Positions 8,745 through 16,567 of a stretch of DNA of 64,000 bases are shown here, piece after piece. The stretch is from Mogibacterium diversum (GTDB taxonomy: Bacteria > Bacillota > Clostridia > Peptostreptococcales > Anaerovoracaceae). The notes beneath the pieces are model-generated. The model had not been told where the DNA came from and did no database searches. It saw only the letters and a program-made list of their open reading frames with translations. Position numbers and translations under genes: made by a program. Where the stretch lies: positions 129,672 through 193,671 of the forward strand of contig NZ_CALIZG010000024.1 in assembly GCF_938028775.1 (NCBI RefSeq), in the 5' to 3' direction. Numbering within the stretch: position 1 is the stretch's first letter; every line of letters starts with the position of its first letter.

Positions 8745-8947
8745 TACCTTTTCCGAAAGTATGCACTATAATGTCTTTTGTAAAGTTTACTGCTCTAGTC
8801 GAACTATGAGCAACACCATTTTCATATTCCCAAGCTCCATATTCATATCTATAGGTATGAATATGGATTGAATATCCATTATGGTATTTAGCTTGTCCGA
8901 TTCAGATTTTTTTCATAACTATCGTCTATACTTATATTCTTACTCAT
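8745..8947 (-). pseudogene. Gene remnant: short ORF with a strong ribosome-binding site, followed by a start-less open frame
   Basis: AAAGGAGAGAGT-ATG gives MSKNISIDDSYEKNLNRTS and then a stop just after an A7 run. In the +1 frame there is a 66-codon open stretch (IGQAKYHNGYSIHIHTYRYEYGAWEYENGVAHSSTRAVNFTKDIIVHTFGKGIDGG…) with no start codon. Confidence 0.35.
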
Positions 8948-8997
8948 ACTCTCTCCTTTACGATACCACGTCTTATATCAAATAAATGCAAGTCTAG

Positions 8998-9095
8998 TAA
9001 TTGTAATATAGTGTTTAAGTAACACCGTTCATTTAAACTCTTAATGCATAATTACAATTACTTTATCATAATATGCAATCTAATTGTATTAATTA
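8998..9095. promoter_or_regulatory. Candidate operator/promoter region of the island operon: three copies of a TAATTGTA(A/T)T motif, including a 10-bp inverted repeat
   Basis: TAATTGTAAT at 8998-9007 is inverted to ATTACAATTA at 9051-9060, and TAATTGTATTAATTA occurs at 9081-9095. These lie in a 300-bp AT-rich non-coding stretch between the TetR terminator and the first island gene. Confidence 0.3.
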
Positions 9096-9183
9096 TATAT
9101 TTTTAAATAACAGAGCATATAAAATCCTATATAAAATTTAACTATTCGATTTTTGATTCCATTACATCAAACCATATATTACA

Positions 9184-9210
9184 TAAAAATGACGCCTAAA
9201 AAGGCGTCTT
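9184..9210 (-). terminator. Intrinsic terminator of the TetR gene
   Basis: GACGCC-TAAAAA-GGCGTC hairpin followed on the minus strand by ATTTTTAT. Confidence 0.6.
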
Positions 9211-9264
9211 CAAAACATCTATTGTTTACTAACTTTAATAAGTTTACTATTTAAAAACTAGATA

Positions 9265-9861
9265 TTATTTCACCCTAAACTCCCCAAAGAATAGTGGCAT
9301 ATACTTCTTGCTATATTCAGCTAGCGAAAATGCACCATTCTTCATGCACCAGTCAGAAACGAGTGCACGCTCAAGTATTACGTAATTATTAACAAGTTCA
9401 GGAACACTGAATTCTATAGTTATCTCCCCGTTTTCCTGTCCTCGCTTGAGCAATTCACCGAGGAGCTTAAAATAATATCTGTCCTTGTCGAGCAGCTTAC
9501 TAGCAGCAGTATTGGTTAGCTGACTTGCATACATATTGCCTAGAAGCTCATGATCGATATGCTTCTCAATAAACGTATGAGTTTCAAAATTGAGGATCAT
9601 CAGCGTATCAAACACACTAGTGTCCGCTGGGATTCCCTTCATAATTTCTCTATACTTGTTATCGAAAACAGTAGCGAGCGTATCAAGCAAACTCTCTTTC
9701 CCTTTAAAGTAATAGTAAAAAGAGCCTCTCGCCACCTGCGCTTTCTCGATGATGTCGTTCATCGTTGTTGCTTCGTAGCCCTTTTCTTCGAATAGTTCCC
9801 ACGACACTTCTATAATTCGTTCTTTGAGACTTTGTTTCTTTCCCATATTCCTTCCTTTCAT
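9265..9861 (-). CDS. TetR/AcrR family transcriptional regulator
   Basis: 198 aa with an N-terminal TetR helix-turn-helix (TTMNDIIEKAQVARGSFYYYFKGKESLL). Confidence 0.85.
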   Translation of the reverse strand: MKGRNMGKKQSLKERIIEVSWELFEEKGYEATTMNDIIEKAQVARGSFYYYFKGKESLLDTLATVFDNKYREIMKGIPADTSVFDTLMILNFETHTFIEKHIDHELLGNMYASQLTNTAASKLLDKDRYYFKLLGELLKRGQENGEITIEFSVPELVNNYVILERALVSDWCMKNGAFSLAEYSKKYMPLFFGEFRVK

Positions 9862-9992
9862 TTTAACCCGCGTATATTCTACTCGATTTTACACAATCGG
9901 TAAAGGGGATTTGCCACGAATTTCATATAATACAAAAGGTATTTCTTATATGAAAAGGCTCGGATACATCCGAGCCTTTGTAGTTTCTAGTA

Positions 9993-11192
9993 TTAATTTG
10001 TATAGTTATCAAAATAGCCCTGAATGTGTACTACAGGAGTTCCCTTATCACCAGAACCACTTGTTAGGTCGCAAAGAGAACCGATGAGGTCAGTCAGTCT
10101 ACGAGGTGTAGTTCCCTCTGTCTCCATCTTGCCAACAAGGTTGTCATCCTTCTCCTTGATTCTAGCAGAAATAGCCTCCCTTAGTGCCTCTCCGCTTAAG
10201 TCTTTAAAATCATTATCCGCTAAGTACTTGAGCTTAAGTTCATTAGGTGTACCCTCGAGTCCAGGTGTGTATGCTGGTGATACTACAGGGTCTGCGAGCT
10301 CCCAAATCTTACCAACCGGATCCTTAAATGCTCCGTCACCATATACTAGGACCTCTACACACTTACCTGTTTTATCGAGTATTGACCTCTGGATACCTAG
10401 TACAACATCTTCGCAGCTCTCAGGGAAAAGTTTCACGCTGTCTTCTGTACTCTTGTTGGAGCCAAGAAGTCCGTACTTGCTGTTGAAGCCACTGCCATCA
10501 ACTGGAGCATTTAGAATCTCATCCATACCAAGCACTGTTGCACCAGCGTCCTTTAGTATGCGGCGAGTTCTCTTCCTAGTGTGAATGTCACAGTTAATAA
10601 CTTTGTCGGTGTAGTTCAAAATCTCTGTCGCATGATTAGCAAGAACAATCTCCACTTCAGCGCCAGCTGCTTCTATAACCTCTCCGTAGTACGCGAGGTA
10701 ATCTACTCCTGTAAATGGATGCTTATTTTCTCCGAAAAGTTCACGGTACTCCTCAAGAGACATAACCTTTGAATAAGGATCAATTCCTGCCTCATCAAGC
10801 TGATCCTCTGTTAAAAGCTGATTACCCACTTCATCTCTTGGGAATGAAAGCATCAAAACTATTTTCTTAGCAGCCATCGATATACCGCGTAGACAAATCG
10901 CAAATCTATTTCTCGATAGAATTGGGAAAATTACTCCAATCGTATCACTTCCAAGCTTAGCCTTAACGTCCTTTGCAATTGCCCCAACGCTAGCGTAGTT
11001 GCCTTGACTTCTAGCAACTACCGATTCTGTTACAGCAACAATGTCTCTGTCCCTGATTTCATACCCTTCAGCCTCTGCAGCTTCAAGTACAGAGTTAACC
11101 ACAACACTTGAGATATCATCGCCTTCACGAATAATAGGACATCTAATTCCTCTTGATATCGTGCCTACTTTTCTTTCCATTGTCATCTCCAT
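9993..11192 (-). CDS. CofE-like (F420-0:gamma-glutamyl ligase family fold) protein, function uncertain
   Basis: 399 aa. The N-terminus (ISRGIRCPIIREGDDI…DRDIVAVTESVVARSQGNY) resembles PF01996. A C-terminal extension of about 150 aa has no assignment. Confidence 0.4.
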   Translation of the reverse strand: MEMTMERKVGTISRGIRCPIIREGDDISSVVVNSVLEAAEAEGYEIRDRDIVAVTESVVARSQGNYASVGAIAKDVKAKLGSDTIGVIFPILSRNRFAICLRGISMAAKKIVLMLSFPRDEVGNQLLTEDQLDEAGIDPYSKVMSLEEYRELFGENKHPFTGVDYLAYYGEVIEAAGAEVEIVLANHATEILNYTDKVINCDIHTRKRTRRILKDAGATVLGMDEILNAPVDGSGFNSKYGLLGSNKSTEDSVKLFPESCEDVVLGIQRSILDKTGKCVEVLVYGDGAFKDPVGKIWELADPVVSPAYTPGLEGTPNELKLKYLADNDFKDLSGEALREAISARIKEKDDNLVGKMETEGTTPRRLTDLIGSLCDLTSGSGDKGTPVVHIQGYFDNYTN

Positions 11193-11420
11193 CTATCTAG
11201 GTATTCTAGATTTCATTATTTCTCATATATAGCTTATCTGTTAAACACTTAAATTTCAATAATTAATAAAAGATTTGGAAAAATTATCATTAATGTTGGC
11301 TTTCTTAATCATTTATAAGCCAAATTTACGAACTTTTTTACCAAATAAGCGTGATAAAATACGGGAACTGTAATGAATTCTAATATAATTTATACACACT
11401 CATCGCTAGATATTTTCATA

Positions 11421-11462
11421 AAAATACCCGCCAACAGGTAAGGTCGTTAGCGGGTTTTCTGA
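11421..11462. terminator. Bidirectional intrinsic terminator downstream of the GltD-like gene
   Basis: Arms ACCCGCCAAC / GTTAGCGGGT pair 9 of 10 with a 10-nt loop. An A5 run lies on the left and TTTTCT on the right. Confidence 0.55.
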
Positions 11463-11549
11463 ACAATCTTATACATCAGCATGTACTCAATTATCCATAA
11501 GTATGAGGTAATGTATCTATATGTAGGTTCTTTCGAACCTGGACATAGC

Positions 11550-12953
11550 TTATTTATTAGCCTTAAGCTTCTCATCTATCGCTGCTGCTGCAGTCTTTCC
11601 AGCACCCATAGCTAGGATTACAGTAGCCGCACCAGTTACAGCGTCTCCTCCTGCATATACGTATTCTTTGCTCGACTCCATAGTAGCCTCATCAACTATG
11701 ATTCCGCCCCAGCTCTGTGTATCAAGCCCTGGAGTCGTCGCTCTAAGCAGAGGATTTGGACTTGTTCCTACAGAGATAATAACCGAATCAACATCGATGA
11801 CATAGTTTGAACCCTCGATAGGAACTGGCCTACGTCTTCCAGATGCATCTGGCTCTCCTAGCTCCTGCTCAACAACTTCAATACCTGTTACATGTCCATT
11901 CTCATCTCCGAGTATCTTAGACGGATTATTGAGGAACTTGAAGATAATTCCTTCTTCCTTAGCGTGATGAACCTCCTCAAGTCTAGCTGGGCACTCTGCT
12001 TCGCTTCTTCTGTATACGATATACACCTCGTCAGCGCCTAGTCTCTTCGCAGTCCTTGCAGCATCCATAGCTACATTTCCTGCTCCTACTACAGCTACCT
12101 TCTTACCAACCTTAACAGGTGTAGGAACCTCTGGGAACTTAAAGGACTTCATAAGATTAACTCTTGTGAGGAACTCATTAGCCGAATAAACACCGAGAAG
12201 ATTCTCTCCAGGGATGTTAAGGAACTTAGGTAATCCTGCTCCACTTCCAATAAATACAGCCTTATATCCATCAGCCATTAGTTCATCAACGGTAATCGAC
12301 TTACCTACAATGACATTTGTATCAATTTTTACACCGAGTTTCTCAACATTTTCAATTTCCTTTGCCACTAATGACTTAGGAAGTCTAAATTCAGGAATAC
12401 CGTATACTAGCACCCCGCCTGGCTTATGAAGCGCTTCGAATACAGTTACTTCATAACCTCTTCTAGCAAGCTCTCCTGCACAAGTTATTCCGGAAGGGCC
12501 ACAGCCGATAACTGCAACCTTAATTCCATTCTTTTCACCAACTGGTTCAGATGCATCACCTTTAGCCATATGGTAGTCTGCAACGAATCTTTCCATACGG
12601 CCGATTCCAACTGGTTCTCCCTTGATACCACGAACGCACCTACCCTCGCACTGATCCTCCTGTGGACATACTCGTCCGCAAATTGCTGGAAGTGCATTCT
12701 CTCTTGTGATAACTTCATATGCTGCATCGAAGTCACCTTCTGCAACCTTCTCTATAAACTCTGGAATTGGAACATTTACAGGACATCCACCTACACAAGG
12801 CTTGTGCTTGCAATGTAGACATCTCTGAGCTTCTTCTATAGCCATCTCTGGAGTATATCCAAGTGCAACTTCATCAAAGTTTCTATTTCTTACGTTAGGA
12901 TCCTGTTCAGGCATCTTGACCTTCTCAAGACTCATATTTCTATTAATAGCCAT
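11550..12953 (-). CDS. GltD-family NADPH-dependent oxidoreductase (NfnB/SudA-like large subunit)
   Basis: 467 aa with N-terminal Cys clusters (CLHCKHKPCVGGCP, CGRVCP) and two dinucleotide-binding GxGxxG motifs (IGCGPSG, VVGAGNVAMD). Confidence 0.8.
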   Translation of the reverse strand: MAINRNMSLEKVKMPEQDPNVRNRNFDEVALGYTPEMAIEEAQRCLHCKHKPCVGGCPVNVPIPEFIEKVAEGDFDAAYEVITRENALPAICGRVCPQEDQCEGRCVRGIKGEPVGIGRMERFVADYHMAKGDASEPVGEKNGIKVAVIGCGPSGITCAGELARRGYEVTVFEALHKPGGVLVYGIPEFRLPKSLVAKEIENVEKLGVKIDTNVIVGKSITVDELMADGYKAVFIGSGAGLPKFLNIPGENLLGVYSANEFLTRVNLMKSFKFPEVPTPVKVGKKVAVVGAGNVAMDAARTAKRLGADEVYIVYRRSEAECPARLEEVHHAKEEGIIFKFLNNPSKILGDENGHVTGIEVVEQELGEPDASGRRRPVPIEGSNYVIDVDSVIISVGTSPNPLLRATTPGLDTQSWGGIIVDEATMESSKEYVYAGGDAVTGAATVILAMGAGKTAAAAIDEKLKANK

Positions 12954-12954
12954 C

Positions 12955-13791
12955 TTAACCCCTTCCTATCTTACATGCGTGGTCGTTCATCTCCTTCTCC
13001 TTATCCTTGAAGAAGTTCTGACGCTCCATGCATTCCTTGAAATCTACTTTAAATCCATCAAAGTCTGGTCCGTCAACACATGCGAACTTCATCTCACCGT
13101 CAACTGTTACACGACAGCATCCGCACATACCTGTACCATCAATCATAAGAGGGTTAAGCGAAACCATTGTATGAAGACCTGCTGGCTTGGTCACATTAAC
13201 TACACCATTCATCATGCCTAGCGACCCTATAGCAATGCATTCTTCGTATTCTTCGCCTTTATCTAGAAGCTCCTGAAGCACAACTGTAACAAAGCCTTTT
13301 TCTCCGTATGAACCATCATCTGTACAGACATAAATGTTGTCACAGAATTCTCTAAACTGCTCCTCAAGAATTACAAATTCCTTAGATCTTCCGCCCAGAA
13401 TAACATCCACCTTAACGCCCATCTCCGCTAATTTCTTAAGCTGAGGATAAATTGGTGCAGCACCGAGCCCTCCAGCAACGCCGATGATCTTTTTGTCGGT
13501 ATATTTAAGAGGTGATGGGACACCTAGCGGTCCAACAAAGTCCTCAATATAATCCCCTTCTTCTTTGGTTGCTAACAGATTTGAGGAATATCCAACCTTC
13601 TGATATATGATTGTAACAGTTTCCTTATCTCTGTCGAAATCGGCAATCGTGAGAGGAATCCTCTCTCCATCCTCATCAACTCTGAGAATGATGAACTGAC
13701 CTGCCTCACACTTTCTAGCGACAAATGGGGCATGAATCTCCATAAGTCCAAGTGCCGGGTTCAAGATTTTTTTACTAACTATCTTGTACAT
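12955..13791 (-). CDS. Ferredoxin-NADP+ reductase-like small subunit (NfnA/SudB/PyrK-like)
   Basis: 278 aa in the FAD/NAD-binding PyrK fold with a C-terminal Cys cluster (CGCCRV…CVDGP). It abuts the GltD-like gene at a 2-nt spacing. Confidence 0.75.
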   Translation of the reverse strand: MYKIVSKKILNPALGLMEIHAPFVARKCEAGQFIILRVDEDGERIPLTIADFDRDKETVTIIYQKVGYSSNLLATKEEGDYIEDFVGPLGVPSPLKYTDKKIIGVAGGLGAAPIYPQLKKLAEMGVKVDVILGGRSKEFVILEEQFREFCDNIYVCTDDGSYGEKGFVTVVLQELLDKGEEYEECIAIGSLGMMNGVVNVTKPAGLHTMVSLNPLMIDGTGMCGCCRVTVDGEMKFACVDGPDFDGFKVDFKECMERQNFFKDKEKEMNDHACKIGRG

Positions 13792-14042
13792 TTTTCCTCC
13801 ATATTAAAAAAGTTAATACGACTATAGTTATATAAAATAGTTTATATGTGTCTTAAGTCATTCGCACGAAAAAAATAAATAATATTAAAAGCCCTACTAA
13901 TAAAGCCTTACATATATTTATACTACTCACATCTAATAGTGTCAACATAAATAAAAATTGGTTGAATATATTTTATCATAGCTTCACGCTAGTTTTCAAC
14001 CAATTTTCACTAATTTTAATTCAATTCTTTATACAAGTTAAT

Positions 14043-15080
14043 TTATAGATTGTAACGCAGGATCGATTCGTTGAGGTGATTTTTCATCGCCTTCGCGGCT
14101 TCATCAGGGTCATGTGACATGATCGCCTCATAAAGGTTTTTATGCTCCACGAGAACTGCAGATATCTGCTTCGGCTCAACCATACCTGTACCACTTACTC
14201 TCTGCAAGAAGTTTCTGATTGTTCTGAGCATAGATATAATTATTGGATTGTCCGAACATTCTGCAATGCAAGTATGGAAATCGATGTCTTCATCCAGCGT
14301 TTCCTTGAGAGCAACTTGTACATTATCCGTGGTATCATAACTAGCAAATGTATGCTCCATCTTATTATAGATATCGGTTAATCTGTTTAGCTTGACCTGA
14401 TTTTCGCATTGTGCGGCAAGTTCAGCTGATTTAATTTCAAGAATAGTTCTTACCGTTAAGATACTATCAACTTGATCCCCATCAAGAAATAGGGACCAAG
14501 ATAATGGGATAGAGAAGAAGTTAGTTTCACGACTAGAAATATAAGTTCCTTGCCCTAGTCTGATATCAATCATTCCAAGCACGTCAAGCACCTTTAGGGA
14601 TTCTCTAACTGCTGATCTCCCTACACCTAACTTCCTAGCTAGCTCTCTATCAGATTCAATCTGATCTCCACGCTTAAGCCTACCTTCGAGCATTTCATCA
14701 GCAAAATACATAGTAAGCCTATTCACTAGCTTGCTAATACTGCCCTTCTTTTCTATACCTCGCACCAATTCTTCGTTATCCTTATGCTCAGCAAGATATT
14801 TTTCTATCTCCTTGATAAATTCATCCGTGCTCAGCGAGAATAACATCGTATCGATTTGGAGCTTTGTACATACTGAGCTAACAACCTCATTGACACGCTC
14901 TCCTCCCCTTGATTCTAGGTTGGAGAGTGTGGCAATGCTCATCGATGGTTTATTGTCGCTATTTGATAAAAAGTAATCTATAAATTCCTTTTGTGTCATC
15001 TTTAGCGCACGTCTCAGTTGTCTAATGTTTTTCCTTTTGAAGGCAGAATTATATCTACCATCCACCATAGCTTTCACCAT
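14043..15080 (-). CDS. Transcriptional regulator with two HTH domains (XRE-type plus GntR/FadR with an FCD domain)
   Basis: Residues 20-75 resemble an XRE helix-turn-helix (LRRALKMTQKEFIDYF). A GntR HTH follows (ESDRELARKLGVGRSAVRESLKVLDVLGMIDIRLGQGTYI), then an all-helical FCD-like C-terminus. Confidence 0.7.
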   Translation of the reverse strand: MVKAMVDGRYNSAFKRKNIRQLRRALKMTQKEFIDYFLSNSDNKPSMSIATLSNLESRGGERVNEVVSSVCTKLQIDTMLFSLSTDEFIKEIEKYLAEHKDNEELVRGIEKKGSISKLVNRLTMYFADEMLEGRLKRGDQIESDRELARKLGVGRSAVRESLKVLDVLGMIDIRLGQGTYISSRETNFFSIPLSWSLFLDGDQVDSILTVRTILEIKSAELAAQCENQVKLNRLTDIYNKMEHTFASYDTTDNVQVALKETLDEDIDFHTCIAECSDNPIIISMLRTIRNFLQRVSGTGMVEPKQISAVLVEHKNLYEAIMSHDPDEAAKAMKNHLNESILRYNL

Positions 15081-15092
15081 CCATTATTAATA

Positions 15093-16334
15093 TTACTTGT
15101 TCAATAAATCTGCAATTAGGTCCGTCATCAGTACCGAAGCTTTAGCAAGGTCGCTATATCTGCTGAATTCAACTGGTGTGTGACTTCTTCCATCCCTACT
15201 AGGCACAAACACCATTACAGTAGGTAGCTGCTGACCAATTTCAAGGGAATCATGACCTGCTCCACTTGGCATTCTCATATACGAGAAACCATGTGTTTTA
15301 CACGAGGTCTCAAGCTTATCAAGCATGCTCTTGCTCAATTCAACTGGTGTGATAACAAGCTTTGTATCAATCTTAAATGATCCGCCCATTATCTTGCACT
15401 CACGTGTTAATGCTGCTTTAATCCTATTTGCAATATCATTTATATTGTCATTGTTCATCGAACGAATGTCAACAGTAAATTCAACCTCTTCAGCTACGAT
15501 ATTCATTCCACCATTGGGAACCTTAATCAGTCCAACAGTTGCAACAGTTCCGTCCGCTTTTTCTCTAGCCCAATCAGCAATCTTGGATATTACCTTTGCT
15601 GCTGCATCTGCTGCATCAAGCCTCATATCCATCGGTGTTGTGCCAGCATGGTCAGCTCTTCCATACACTTTAACCATGTATCTCTGAATACCAACAATTC
15701 CAGTAACTAATCCGATTTCAATATTTTTTTGATCCAGTACTGGTCCCTGCTCAATATGTGCCTCTACGAAGTTTCCAATTGATCCTTCTGGCCATGCAGC
15801 ATCCTCAACCTTATCAGGATCAAGTCCATATTCTCTCATTGCCTCAGCTATAGTGACACCGTTTATATCGGAGAACTGTCTAGTGTATTCTGCATTTCTA
15901 TGTCCTAGAATAGCTCCTGAACCAAAGTAGCCGGTACCAAACCTCATTCCTTCTTCATCCATGAAACCGATTACAACAAGATCTCTCTTGTGTTCAAGTC
16001 CCATCTCAACAATCTGTCTTGCAACCTCCAAAGAGCACACAACTCCACCGATACCATCATAGTTTCCACCATGAAGCACTGAATCAATATGTGATCCTGT
16101 CATTACACAAGGAAGCGCTTGGTCTGTTCCTCTAAGAATTCCGTATATATTACCAGCAGCATCTTCCTTTACCTCTAGACCTATTTCTTCCATTTCTTTT
16201 CTGAGATAATCAACTGCTTCTCGAGTCTCTTTTGTAAACGGAAGTCTAGTGCATCCTGCGTCAGGTGTGGAAGTATATCTTTTTAGATGCTCTAGATTCT
16301 GAGCAATTCTTCCTGTGACCATTTCAATTTCCAT
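15093..16334 (-). CDS. allC: M20-family amidase, allantoate amidohydrolase / N-carbamoyl-amino-acid hydrolase type
   Basis: 413 aa with the family motif MTGSHIDSVLHGGNYDGIGG. It sits within an allantoin-pathway cluster. Confidence 0.75.
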   Translation of the reverse strand: MEIEMVTGRIAQNLEHLKRYTSTPDAGCTRLPFTKETREAVDYLRKEMEEIGLEVKEDAAGNIYGILRGTDQALPCVMTGSHIDSVLHGGNYDGIGGVVCSLEVARQIVEMGLEHKRDLVVIGFMDEEGMRFGTGYFGSGAILGHRNAEYTRQFSDINGVTIAEAMREYGLDPDKVEDAAWPEGSIGNFVEAHIEQGPVLDQKNIEIGLVTGIVGIQRYMVKVYGRADHAGTTPMDMRLDAADAAAKVISKIADWAREKADGTVATVGLIKVPNGGMNIVAEEVEFTVDIRSMNNDNINDIANRIKAALTRECKIMGGSFKIDTKLVITPVELSKSMLDKLETSCKTHGFSYMRMPSGAGHDSLEIGQQLPTVMVFVPSRDGRSHTPVEFSRYSDLAKASVLMTDLIADLLNK

Positions 16335-16336
16335 CT

Positions 16337-16567
16337 TTAATCCTCCTTTTTACTCCGCTTATCGAGTATAAAAACTTTTATAGGCGAGATTAAGACTGCA
16401 ACGATTACTACAATCAGCCCGAAATTCTCGACCGTCTCAGAATTCATCTTAATTCCAAATAGTATTATTATAAAGCTTAACATTGCAAGTATAAAACCTA
16501 TAGTCAATGCACCCGCCTTTGTCTTCCAGAAATTTGTTTTATCCATATCACACCTCCTATATTCCAA
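16337..16567 (-). CDS. Small membrane protein with 2 TM segments (76 aa)
   Basis: Two hydrophobic segments. Its start overlaps the end of the upstream permease by 11 nt. Confidence 0.4.
   Translation of the reverse strand: MEYRRCDMDKTNFWKTKAGALTIGFILAMLSFIIILFGIKMNSETVENFGLIVVIVAVLISPIKVFILDKRSKKED

Noticed and set aside
10024-10584. 186-aa plus-strand ORF, with further plus-strand ORFs at 10581-10772 and 11041-11232
   Set aside because: They lie entirely inside the minus-strand CofE-like gene. They have Ser/Leu/Pro-rich low-complexity composition, typical of antisense frames of a real gene, and no ribosome-binding site.
12214-13221. Several ORFs of 70-130 aa on both strands overlapping the GltD-like and NfnA-like genes
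   Set aside because: Alternative frames of the long, clearly homologous genes. No ribosome-binding sites or conserved motifs.
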